Shown: positions 9,149 to 17,286 of the stretch, piece by piece
Position numbering within the stretch: the stretch's first letter is position 1
Layout of the letters: each line of letters starts with the position of its first letter
Origin: Elusimicrobiota bacterium
GTDB lineage: Bacteria > Elusimicrobiota > Elusimicrobia > 2-01-FULL-59-12
Assembly (NCBI GenBank): GCA_031364865.1
Contig: JANLWZ010000246.1
Location: 1-40,272, forward strand
Length of the DNA: 40,272 nt
Reading direction: 5' to 3'
Notes under the pieces: generated by a model
What the model was told of the DNA's origin: nothing
Databases searched by the model: none
What the model saw: the letters and a program-made list of their open reading frames with translations, nothing else
Made by a program: the position numbers and the translations under genes

Positions 9149-9321
9149 GCCCGCTCTATCGCGACCTTCAGGGCCTCTACGACTTCCTTCTCAATCTTCT
9201 TATGAAGCTGCCACGTAAGCGAGCGCGCAACCATCGGGTAATGTGCCTCAATATATTCGGTTGTCGTCACGATGTGTACCAGCGCTTCGGTCAATGTCTT
9301 TTTGAGGTCTGCGCTTTCCAC
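9145..9321 (-). CDS. hypothetical protein
   Basis: I prefer the GTG at 9321, 8 nt after GGAGGG. The track ORF extends to ATG 9405, but that N-terminus has odd Cys/Phe-rich composition and no SD. Confidence 0.4.
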   Translation of the reverse strand: MESADLKKTLTEALVHIVTTTEYIEAHYPMVARSLTWQLHKKIEKEVVEALKVAIERA

Positions 9322-9576
9322 AATCAAAACCCTCCAAAGACGAGCAATAGTGGTGCAACAAAGAAAAAAACAAAAACCGCGATATCTCGCCAAGGAAGCG
9401 TACATACTATATCAGATATGGCTAATATGATATCGCGCATCTCAATCAACGCTTCCTCAAAGAGTTTCCGAAAAGTATTAAGCATAGGCTTACATTTAAC
9501 CAGAAAACGAGACTAAATCCAAGACCCTTGTAAACCGCGATCAAAAACCAAAATTCAAAGGGAGGGAGAACCATAA

Positions 9577-10056
9577 CTACTCCTGGCAATATGTCGGCTT
9601 CAGATGCAAAATTCCTAACCGACGATAGGCCTTAGCACAGGTCCCGGTCGGGTCATCGTCAAAGGTGATTGTGCTCGTAGGCCGAATGGTTCGAATAAGA
9701 TCGGTGATTTTGTCGGCTTTGTACTCGGCACCAGAGCGCCAGTCATTCGGAGAGCGCATGTAGAGTTCGCCAGTCGGGAACCGTTCTTGTTCCAGCCACT
9801 GAAGGGTCGTGTCGCGGTAGCGCTCGTCGCGGGCCGTCAAATAGACAACGTGTCCATTTAGGCTATGGAGAATTTCGCGCATGGAGGGCACTTGCGGGTC
9901 AGCAAGAAGACGCTTCTCGTCCTGGATCGCCGTCAGCCATTTCAGGAAAGTCTTTTTCCTTCGGTGGTCGGGTTCGGGTCCGGCCTGTTTGTGGCGCTCA
10001 GACCAATCCGCAATGGTGCCGTCAATATCGACGACTATGAGCATCCCCTCATACAT
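9577..10056 (-). CDS. HAD-superfamily phosphatase (nucleotidase / polynucleotide 3'-phosphatase-like)
   Basis: 159 aa. Motif I VVDIDGTIA (DxDxT), motif II YLTAR, C-terminal FDDD acidic motif. Confidence 0.7.
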   Translation of the reverse strand: MYEGMLIVVDIDGTIADWSERHKQAGPEPDHRRKKTFLKWLTAIQDEKRLLADPQVPSMREILHSLNGHVVYLTARDERYRDTTLQWLEQERFPTGELYMRSPNDWRSGAEYKADKITDLIRTIRPTSTITFDDDPTGTCAKAYRRLGILHLKPTYCQE

Positions 10057-10396
10057 CCTGCTTCTTCTCCGGCAACGGCATTCGGCTATTTTTGAAGCGG
10101 TCGTCGAGATTGGGATGGTCTTCGAGCGTCTGAAGGGCCATGCCTAGATTGCACTTTGCGTGGCCTAGGTGAGATATGCCACTCTCTGGGTCGTTGTCTT
10201 CTCCGCACATGAAGGCAAAAATGTGTCGGAGGGCGGCGGAAAGATACCGGGAGATTGCAATGCCATTGCGCCAGTTGTGGTTGCCGTACTTTTTGGCGCC
10301 ATACGTCATACCCAATGCTTCGGCCTCGATACCTTTAGGGGAGAGGAGGGCCATCATGGGTTTCTCGCCGTCGTATTTCTTTCCGCCGCCTTCCAT
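10049..10396 (-). CDS. dATP/dGTP pyrophosphohydrolase-like domain protein (DUF5664-like)
   Basis: 115 aa. KYDGEKP...GAKKYGNHNWRNG...SAALRHIFAF..GED.DPESGISHLGHA matches my memory of that phage family. Confidence 0.55.
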   Translation of the reverse strand: MEGGGKKYDGEKPMMALLSPKGIEAEALGMTYGAKKYGNHNWRNGIAISRYLSAALRHIFAFMCGEDNDPESGISHLGHAKCNLGMALQTLEDHPNLDDRFKNSRMPLPEKKQDV

Positions 10397-10403
10397 GTTG
10401 TCG

Positions 10404-10853
10404 TTACTCCGCTGCCTTCACATTCTTCACGCGCTGATACGCAACCGTGCCATCCGCGCTCTCTTCGATTTCGAGTTCGAGCTTCACTTTTGCGCCAACG
10501 GTTTTATCGAGATCCGACTCATCGCCTTCAACCGAGGGGAGACGGAAGGTGTTGATCTGGTCTACCGTAATGCCAAATGTCGTCAAACGCGACAGCAGCT
10601 TACGCTCTGAAAACGGAATTGGAGATCCGTCTTTGCGAGTCATCATGAGATAGTCGAAGATGAGTTTGCCCTTATTGGAGGCGCCCGTCAGCTTATAGAC
10701 AATCTTGTAACCCTGCGTGCCCGTCCGGTCGGAGGTATAGGGCTCAAAAGAGTCCACAATCCCCGCAAAGCTGCCAGCAAGCGGTTTACGACTATCGTCT
10801 TTTTCGGTCTGGGCCGCCTTCAAGCGATCCATCAATGAATTTACTTTGCTCAT
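10404..10853 (-). CDS. possible ssDNA-binding protein (DUF669-like), otherwise hypothetical
   Basis: 149 aa. Size, position next to the recombination nuclease and a loose resemblance to DUF669 phage proteins. No firm motif. Confidence 0.35.
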   Translation of the reverse strand: MSKVNSLMDRLKAAQTEKDDSRKPLAGSFAGIVDSFEPYTSDRTGTQGYKIVYKLTGASNKGKLIFDYLMMTRKDGSPIPFSERKLLSRLTTFGITVDQINTFRLPSVEGDESDLDKTVGAKVKLELEIEESADGTVAYQRVKNVKAAE

Positions 10854-10864
10854 AGTATCTTTAC

Positions 10865-11749
10865 TTACCCTTTCTTCTTTTTTGTTGTTTTTGGAAGCCG
10901 CTCAAGCCAGCTCTCAAAAGTAATAGTGCCCGCGTCATACGCTTGACAAATATTTTGTGCTGGACAATAACTGCACTCATTATATCCGCGTACTCCGCCG
11001 AATTCAACCCATTTTGGAACGCCCATCAATTTCTTCGCGTCCGTGTTGACCACGATTTCCTTCAAGTACGCCAAAACGTTCTCCGGCCCAAAGCCAGTCT
11101 CAATCTCTCGTCCCTCTTCCGAATGCACAACGAAGAGGCCATCCTTAACTTGCACCTCGTAGAGGCGGATAGAAGGATCGCGCTTGACCTTTCCGGCCAT
11201 AGCATAAAAGTAATGGCCGATGGCGATGATCCAACAATCTCGCTTCAGAATAGTCATGTAGTGCGCACTTTGCAGCACATGTCTTCTGAAGGGCGAATCG
11301 GCGCCAATCTGCTTCTCGACGGAAAAATTGGAGACGAGTGATTTTGCCTCGACACCAATCCACTCACCGTCCACTTTGATCTGAAAATCGGGGGTTCCCT
11401 GCCATTGTACGTCCCTACCATTCAATTGTATGGTAGCCTTGACCGCTTCTTCGCGCACGTATTCAGAGCAGGCAAGCTTCAGCTTCCCCTCCAAGAATAG
11501 CTCGTGTCCGAAACCTGCGGAGAACATGACGCGTTCGTCGAAGGAAACGGGGCGCTCGACGCCTAGGAGGCGAGCTTGGTCGAGGCGACCACACTTAGAG
11601 GCCAAAATATCTTTGCCAACGATTGCTCCGGCCATTGCTCCACGGAGGACGCCAGCAGTAGCGCCAGCCTTGACGAGCCGCTCTGCATTTTCATTCTCAT
11701 TCCCAGTCACGAGCATCTCGCGGAGGGCCTTCAAATTTTTAGTGCTCAT
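10865..11749 (-). CDS. PD-(D/E)XK exonuclease, Cas4/RecB-like with C-terminal Cys cluster
   Basis: GTPDFQIKVDGEWIGVEAKS (D...ExK), LQSAHYMTIL (QxxxY) and C-terminal CSYCPAQNIC. ATG at 11749; an alternative TTG at 11776 follows GAGGGAGAG. Confidence 0.7.
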   Translation of the reverse strand: MSTKNLKALREMLVTGNENENAERLVKAGATAGVLRGAMAGAIVGKDILASKCGRLDQARLLGVERPVSFDERVMFSAGFGHELFLEGKLKLACSEYVREEAVKATIQLNGRDVQWQGTPDFQIKVDGEWIGVEAKSLVSNFSVEKQIGADSPFRRHVLQSAHYMTILKRDCWIIAIGHYFYAMAGKVKRDPSIRLYEVQVKDGLFVVHSEEGREIETGFGPENVLAYLKEIVVNTDAKKLMGVPKWVEFGGVRGYNECSYCPAQNICQAYDAGTITFESWLERLPKTTKKKKG

Positions 11750-12530
11750 TATAAACGTGCTCCAAAATTCGCTCAATCTCTCCCTCTTCTACGGAGGGCC
11801 ATGGAGCGCTTTGTAAATTTTGCAATGCTTCGTCGCGAGTGTAGTTACATTCTAGCATGTCGAAGGCCGCAAGTAAACATTGCTTATGGCTTTGTCCGCT
11901 CTCGGCTCCCTGATGTAGGAAGCGCCAAGTCCGCGCAGAGAGGGGAAATTTTCCGCCTTCCATGCGAAGTATTGGCGCCCTTCGGGGGAGAATCTCAACG
12001 TGGGGAGCACCGCGCTCCGATAGCCAACTGTCCAAATCTTTGACAGCTATGCGATTGCCAACCGCATAGAGGCTCTGATCGGAAAGCGTGTCGTCTCTAT
12101 GGTGTCCTGCGACTCGACTGAAGCGGGAGGGATTGGAATTGTTGGGATCGCACTTGGTCACCTTAAGCAAGCGTTTGAAAAGCGCCTTATAGGCCAACTT
12201 CCCATTTAGTGGATCGGAGAGCGAGATTACTCCGTGGTAGCTCTTCCCACCCGAATATACAATCGAAGCAAAGAGATGCCGATTCTCGTCGAAGAAGCGG
12301 AGCTGCTGCTCTAGAGGCACCTCATCAAACTCCACTAGGAAATTGCGATAGCACGCGACATTCGCATCCTTCCTTCGGGTCCCGCGCTTGAAGGGGTTGA
12401 GCGAGAAGAATGCGGCCCAGTCATCGACGCGCTCGACGGGATAGAGGCGCGTGCCCATCGCGTCCATTGCGGCACAGACGAACTCGTTCGGATCAAAGAG
12501 AACGCTCATTTGCTTCTTTGTGGACGACAT
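11739..12530 (-). CDS. archaeo-eukaryotic-type primase (prim-pol domain protein)
   Basis: ATG 12530 (MSSTKKQ) after GAGGG. FLVEFDE (acidic motif I), SGGKSYHGV (sxH motif II), KCDPNNSN (motif III-like). Confidence 0.6.
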   Translation of the reverse strand: MSSTKKQMSVLFDPNEFVCAAMDAMGTRLYPVERVDDWAAFFSLNPFKRGTRRKDANVACYRNFLVEFDEVPLEQQLRFFDENRHLFASIVYSGGKSYHGVISLSDPLNGKLAYKALFKRLLKVTKCDPNNSNPSRFSRVAGHHRDDTLSDQSLYAVGNRIAVKDLDSWLSERGAPHVEILPRRAPILRMEGGKFPLSARTWRFLHQGAESGQSHKQCLLAAFDMLECNYTRDEALQNLQSAPWPSVEEGEIERILEHVYNEH

Positions 12531-12689
12531 CGCGGAGCCCTCGGGTTGTGTAACGGACAACTCGTAATGACAACGAAAACATTGATCAGTTCGTGGTAGC
12601 CTCGGCCAAAGCAATTATCGGATGCAGGACAAAAGCAGCCATGCGCATAGGCGCGTTGGGAGCCTGGCTTCGGTAAGAGTCGGGGACGA

Positions 12690-13970
12690 CTAGCCCGCCG
12701 TTTTCGGGCGGAGCTTTTCGAGTAGGGTTTTCTCACTGATAAGTCCCTCCAAAGAAAGCGAGTGCGCAGCGTTGATGAGGCATACGGTTTCCTTTCTAAT
12801 GCGTGGACCATCACGATGAGAGAGCCGCTGCACCTCGATGCCGTAGCTCTTTAGCTTATTTGCAAAATTTCGCTTATTGATGAAGTGCGAATAATTCGCT
12901 TCCTTCACCCAATCCTGGAAGATGCGGAAGAGAGAGGAATAAAGGACGGTCGCCGTCTCCTCCCCTGGTCCTACCTGAAGGGCATGCTCATCGACGAAGT
13001 CATTGACGGCATCGGCGCCGACAAGGCCTTTCTGATGCTCGACGACGCGGGCTTCAATGGCTGGCCAATAGGCATTGCGCTCTTCGGAGATGCCACGCCA
13101 AAGCTTCTGATAGTCGACCGTAACGCCTTCGAGCGGTGGGGCCGTCGGATAGCCAATAATGTCGCGGAGCGTTGGGCCTGGGATGCGGATCTCGAAGAAG
13201 CGTCGAGCACCTGTCGGATCATTTGAAAGGGTAGCCACGGAGTGGTTCGAGGTACCCAGAAAGCTCACGCGGTTTTGGACCTTCATCACGCCGTTCGTAT
13301 AGAGGACGCGGCCCAATACATCATCGCCGGAGACGAGCTTCTTTAGGATTGAGGCATCGGCCCTATCGAGACCGGCCATCTCGTCGAAGAAAACGATGAA
13401 GTATTTTTCGAACATGGGAAATGCGCTGCGGTCAAGGGCAACATCAATGGAGGCAGTGGCGAAGCGAGTCATGAGTGGGCCGCAGAGCTGCTTCACGGCG
13501 ATAGTCTTTCCGGTTCCCTGTGGGCCGGTGAGAACGGGCATTAGGTGATGGTCGACGCTTTCGCCGAGCATCTTACGCTTAACATTCGAGAGGAAATGGG
13601 CCAGGACTCCGACGATGACGGGATCGCAGCTTCCAGTTAGTCCCAAAACGAAACGCTCTAGTTGGGAGAGATCGGAAGGTGCTCCCTTCGGCTGCGAGAC
13701 ATTCTCATAGACACGTAGCGTCCGAGCATCTTGAAGGGATGCGAGGTAATCGCGGATCGCAATCTCGAATTCCTTGATGCTGATTAGGCGGTAGCGCTTT
13801 CGCGTCTCGGCTGGGAGTGCATCGCGGTGTTCCAAGTAGGCAAGCCAAACGGACTCCGAAAGCGCCTTCGGGTTCCTTCCGTTAACGTGTCCCACGACCG
13901 TTCCGCCATCGTCAATGGTGTAGCCATTGTTCGTCAGCCAGGTCGTGAAATATGAAAGCGCGTGATTCAT
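12690..13970 (-). CDS. SF3 / VirE-D5-like replicative helicase (P-loop NTPase)
   Basis: 426 aa. Walker A LTGPQGTGKT, Walker B FIVFFDEM, followed by LKKLVSGDD...R..Y......V.FLGTSN as in VirE/D5-type helicases. Confidence 0.75.
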   Translation of the reverse strand: MNHALSYFTTWLTNNGYTIDDGGTVVGHVNGRNPKALSESVWLAYLEHRDALPAETRKRYRLISIKEFEIAIRDYLASLQDARTLRVYENVSQPKGAPSDLSQLERFVLGLTGSCDPVIVGVLAHFLSNVKRKMLGESVDHHLMPVLTGPQGTGKTIAVKQLCGPLMTRFATASIDVALDRSAFPMFEKYFIVFFDEMAGLDRADASILKKLVSGDDVLGRVLYTNGVMKVQNRVSFLGTSNHSVATLSNDPTGARRFFEIRIPGPTLRDIIGYPTAPPLEGVTVDYQKLWRGISEERNAYWPAIEARVVEHQKGLVGADAVNDFVDEHALQVGPGEETATVLYSSLFRIFQDWVKEANYSHFINKRNFANKLKSYGIEVQRLSHRDGPRIRKETVCLINAAHSLSLEGLISEKTLLEKLRPKTAG

Positions 13971-14722
13971 TTGTATTTGGCTTTCTTATCCTTGAGATTC
14001 TCTCGGCTCGTTCCTTGACACCAGCCCCCACAGTCTTTACAACGATATCGTATTGCGCGGCTGCTGACGTAGTTGATCCAACCATGACTCTTTAGTCGAA
14101 GGCCTCCACACTTCGGGCAGCCATCGGGCCTACCGTCGGCAGGCTGAGCAACATTCGGATGCTTCATCATCCACGGAAGAAGTCTGTTGTAAACCTTCTC
14201 CAGCAGCAGCACGTCCTGTTTGTTGTAGCGCTCCATCAGGCTCCAGCTTTTCGCATCTCCACCCATGCAGCCAAGCCACAGATCGAAGCCGCCCGTGTTG
14301 ATCTTTTTGCCGAGCTTCAGGAGCTGGCCAAGATCGTTCAAGCTGTTGCTATTAAATTTAAAATAGTTCTTGGCGACCTTCTTTGTGTCGACGCTCTTTG
14401 GAAGAGGGAGCGGGTCCAAGCCGAATTCCAAAAATTTGGCGTTGGCTTTCTTGTAGTCGAAGTCGTCCCCGTTATGGGCCACGATGATGTCAGCCTTTTC
14501 TAGTGTGGCGCGGAGGCGGATGACAAGCTCCTTCTCCGTCAGCGTTCTGCGTGAGTGGCAGGTGACCTCGGGCTCGCCCTTCCACTTGTAGGCGAAGGAG
14601 AGGAGCTGCCATTCCCGCTTATAGGCGATGACGTCCTGCTGGTATTTGCCCCAAACATAGGCCAAATTAGGGCTCGTCTCGATATCGTAAAAGAGGATTT
14701 TTGCTTTCATGTGTGTTCCCAT
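13967..14722 (-). CDS. DEDD-type 3'-5' exonuclease with C-terminal zinc ribbon
   Basis: Exo I FYDIETS, Exo II AHNGDDFDY, Exo III YNKQDV. C-terminal CPKC...CKDC. ATGA overlap with the helicase gene. Confidence 0.7.
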   Translation of the reverse strand: MGTHMKAKILFYDIETSPNLAYVWGKYQQDVIAYKREWQLLSFAYKWKGEPEVTCHSRRTLTEKELVIRLRATLEKADIIVAHNGDDFDYKKANAKFLEFGLDPLPLPKSVDTKKVAKNYFKFNSNSLNDLGQLLKLGKKINTGGFDLWLGCMGGDAKSWSLMERYNKQDVLLLEKVYNRLLPWMMKHPNVAQPADGRPDGCPKCGGLRLKSHGWINYVSSRAIRYRCKDCGGWCQGTSRENLKDKKAKYK

Positions 14723-14723
14723 G

Positions 14724-14897
14724 TTATCTCTTTTTCATTTCCGCCACAAGTAGCTCCATAAAAAGCCGCTTAACTACGCGTTTCTGTACACGATAGCGCT
14801 TAGAGCGGACGCCTGCCTTTTTAAGTAAGGCTTTCCATGCCCAGTCTGGTAATTGGATTAGTCCGTTTGGCTGTACAACAATTAGCTCTCTATTCAT
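14724..14897 (-). CDS. hypothetical basic protein
   Basis: 57 aa from ATG 14897, which forms an ATGA overlap with the upstream stop. Confidence 0.45.
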   Translation of the reverse strand: MNRELIVVQPNGLIQLPDWAWKALLKKAGVRSKRYRVQKRVVKRLFMELLVAEMKKR

Positions 14898-15151
14898 TTC
14901 TTTTCCCCCAATGCATCGAGGGCAGCGGCTGCCGTCCAAGGCGTTCCATTGACAGACGTTGCGATCTTGTTAAGCGCCTCTGCATAGTCCACAGCGATCT
15001 TATTCGCAATCCAGTAATTCTCAGATAGATTCTGATTCTCTTGAATCAACTCCGACACATCATGAGCTAGGCGGAATTCGTCCGAGTCCACAACATGACG
15101 ATCCATTGTGTCTTGTGCCCAGTCGGCAAGGCGTTTGTATAAGTTTGACAT
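14894..15151 (-). CDS. hypothetical protein, member of the small paralog family (C-terminal ..YW..AAL.ALGEKK)
   Basis: 85 aa with GAGGAA 5 nt upstream. Its C-terminus resembles those of 15369..15707 and 16051..16287. Confidence 0.6.
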   Translation of the reverse strand: MSNLYKRLADWAQDTMDRHVVDSDEFRLAHDVSELIQENQNLSENYWIANKIAVDYAEALNKIATSVNGTPWTAAAALDALGEKK

Positions 15152-15186
15152 TCGTGTTCCTCAGTCAATGTGGGTAATTTCGTCGC

Positions 15187-15372
15187 TCATTTCGCATTCT
15201 CGCTTCCCGGCACGCTCACGTAGAAATCGGATTTCCCTCCGACATACTTGGTGGGCGGTGGATTTCTCGTTAGGTAGTCTTGGTGCCGCGCGGTGTTTCG
15301 CCACTCAAGTACGCAAAGCACCAAAACCCAAACCAGCGTTTGAACGTAAATCGCAATTGCCATGTCACTCAT
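15187..15372 (-). CDS. small membrane protein
   Basis: 61 aa with one TM (IAIYVQTLVWVLVLCVLEW). ATGA overlap with the upstream gene. Confidence 0.5.
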   Translation of the reverse strand: MSDMAIAIYVQTLVWVLVLCVLEWRNTARHQDYLTRNPPPTKYVGGKSDFYVSVPGSENAK

Positions 15373-15707
15373 TCCTGTTTCTCCCCCAACGCTGCGCGAG
15401 CTTTGTCGCCGATAAGTTTCAGTAAGCCGCGCCAGTACATTTCAGAACATCCGGTGCCTAAGACGCGCGGATCAAGGTTGAGCCTTATGTTCTCGGTAAT
15501 TACTTCCAACGCCTCTTGATAACGTTCCGCCCGCCTTTCGTTAACAAGAGCCAGTTCTGTGAACGCATCGAGGCGATTTTTCAGTGAGGCCATCGCATCG
15601 TCCACCTTGTACCAACACCTAACGGCGGTGCAGTCTAGCGCGTGCTCGTGCGCTACCAGCGACGTTGCGTTGCAGTCACAGGCGAATGCGAAGTCTTCGA
15701 AGGTCAT
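15369..15707 (-). CDS. hypothetical protein, small paralog family (C-terminal MYW..RAALGEK)
   Basis: 112 aa with 4-nt overlaps on both sides. The C-terminal 50 aa align by eye with 16051..16287. Confidence 0.65.
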   Translation of the reverse strand: MTFEDFAFACDCNATSLVAHEHALDCTAVRCWYKVDDAMASLKNRLDAFTELALVNERRAERYQEALEVITENIRLNLDPRVLGTGCSEMYWRGLLKLIGDKARAALGEKQE

Positions 15708-16054
15708 TTGATTTCCCGCACGTTAATCAGCTGGGCGGAATGAGACGGGACAGTATCCAACTCCGAGTAATTCTCGATCCACTTATCGTAGTGACCCATC
15801 CCTCCGCATTTAAACACTTCGACTGCGCCCTTCAACATCTTCACCCTTTCATCCTCCCTGATTTGCTCTTCCACAATAGCGAGGAATGGCCCACAGGTCT
15901 TAAGGTCGGCGAACCATTCTTTCAGTTTGGCGTTGGCGCGTTCGGCATTCGCAATCGCTTGGCACGTTCCGGCGACATGTTCTAGGTCGCCCTTGTCGCT
16001 GTAAAGACACTCGGCGGTTCTGCCGCACGGGAAATCATCTGCCTTGAATTTCAC
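15704..16054 (-). CDS. hypothetical protein
   Basis: 116 aa, translationally coupled on both sides, several Cys. Confidence 0.6.
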   Translation of the reverse strand: MKFKADDFPCGRTAECLYSDKGDLEHVAGTCQAIANAERANAKLKEWFADLKTCGPFLAIVEEQIREDERVKMLKGAVEVFKCGGMGHYDKWIENYSELDTVPSHSAQLINVREIK

Positions 16055-16287
16055 TTCTCCCCCTTCAATGCGGCGCGAATAGTATTCTGAATCCCCTTAA
16101 CGACGCACTCCCAATACATATCGCTTCCGGGCTGTGCTTTTACGAGCGGGTCCCACTGCCACTCGATCAATTGGTCCGCTTTCTCCAACGCCTCTCGAAG
16201 CCTCTTAATCTCCTCATGCCTCGCCCCCAGTTCCACTCGTAGCTCGCGAATGATGTCCAGCATTTCAGCGATGGTTAGGTCGGTCAT
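16051..16287 (-). CDS. hypothetical protein, small paralog family (C-terminal MYW..RAALKGEK)
   Basis: 78 aa, coiled-coil-like N-terminus, conserved C-terminal motif. Confidence 0.65.
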   Translation of the reverse strand: MTDLTIAEMLDIIRELRVELGARHEEIKRLREALEKADQLIEWQWDPLVKAQPGSDMYWECVVKGIQNTIRAALKGEK

Positions 16288-16288
16288 G

Positions 16289-16543
16289 TCACTCCCCCTT
16301 GCCCTGCAAAATCGCGACGAGTTCGGCGTTGTTTTTCTGCCTGTCTACGCAGATTTCTAAATCCCGACACTCAAGCCCATGCCACTCATCCCTCTGCTCG
16401 ATGGCCTGCCGAAGCGCCGCGATGAGGCACTTAACATCGATAAATACACCATGCCACTCGATAGCCTGACTTGCGTTTCTGGGTCCGCGAAGTTCAAACC
16501 TTTCTTCCAGCTCTTTCAACGTCTCGTCTACAGTCTTACTCAT
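16289..16543 (-). CDS. hypothetical protein
   Basis: 84 aa from ATG 16543 (MSKTVDE), 9 nt after GAGAGGGG. The track start at 16552 abuts the SD. Confidence 0.6.
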   Translation of the reverse strand: MSKTVDETLKELEERFELRGPRNASQAIEWHGVFIDVKCLIAALRQAIEQRDEWHGLECRDLEICVDRQKNNAELVAILQGKGE

Positions 16544-16736
16544 AATCCACATCCCCTCTCGGATTTACCGAAGGTAAAACGACATTTCATATCGTTTCAG
16601 ACTCCAACTTTAACTTCTGTATTTCTTCCTCTAGGGATTTAATCTTACTTAGAATAGCTTCGCGCTTCTCCGCTTTATGCTTTTGTTCGGCGAGCGCTAA
16701 GGCTTCCAATTTACCGGGCCTACTCTTAATCTCTTC

Positions 16737-16853
16737 CTATGGCTCTGCTATAGAGAAGTCGCTTAGAGTTTTAACTGGAAAACAATTACATGGATCATGA
16801 CTATGACAACGTTGCCCGCTGTTACAAGTATTGCAGAAGTCCCAATTAGCCAT
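16737..16853 (-). CDS. small Cys/His-rich protein (38 aa), possible zinc-binding
   Basis: Below the track's size cut-off. ATG 16853 preceded by GGAGGAGAGGG. Translation: MANWDFCNTCNSGQRCHSHDPCNCFPVKTLSDFSIAEP, ending at TAG. Confidence 0.4.
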   Translation of the reverse strand: MANWDFCNTCNSGQRCHSHDPCNCFPVKTLSDFSIAEP

Positions 16854-16889
16854 TACCCTCTCCTCCAAAATCTTTGCTGCGGGCCGGGC

Positions 16890-17027
16890 TTAATACCGGC
16901 TGGGGAGTTTCATGGTGTTATTCTCTGGCTTCTTCGTCTGTCGGTGCAGCCCTTCTGCCAGTCTCCTATAAGCAACGGCTACCGAATCCCGTTGCCTATT
17001 GCGTGTCCTTCCACGCCGCCGCAGCAT
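16890..17027 (-). CDS. small Arg-rich protein (45 aa)
   Basis: Below the track's size cut-off. ATG 17027 preceded by GAGAGGTGAGG. Translation: MLRRRGRTRNRQRDSVAVAYRRLAEGLHRQTKKPENNTMKLPSRY. Confidence 0.3.
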   Translation of the reverse strand: MLRRRGRTRNRQRDSVAVAYRRLAEGLHRQTKKPENNTMKLPSRY

Positions 17028-17051
17028 TTCCTCACCTCTCGGCTTGGAAAA

Positions 17052-17285
17052 TTAACAATCCTTATTCAGTGTCTCTACTGCCCAAAATATAGTTGCAGTC
17101 AGGAACAGAAGGCCCACAAGGAGAGCGATGAGCCCACGACAGCCTGCTTGGTCATATCGATCTCCTATGAAGCCTAGGGCACATGTTACAAGCAGACCTA
17201 TAGGAACCGTTGCAAGCATTCCCAGGGACGTCTGCGCCAGCCACACTTTGAAGCTGCAACAATTTTTCTTATTTCGCTTAGCCAT
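17052..17285 (-). CDS. small membrane protein (two TM)
   Basis: ATG 17285 (MAKRNKK) with GGGAGA 6 nt upstream. Two hydrophobic helices. Confidence 0.55.
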   Translation of the reverse strand: MAKRNKKNCCSFKVWLAQTSLGMLATVPIGLLVTCALGFIGDRYDQAGCRGLIALLVGLLFLTATIFWAVETLNKDC

Positions 17286-17286
17286 T

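Noticed and set aside
16737-16739. Genome-wide TAG reassignment as the explanation for the in-frame TAG.
   Set aside because: TAG clearly terminates other well-supported genes, such as the fibre gene at 1671-1673 and the membrane protein at 6314-6316. Any read-through would be local.
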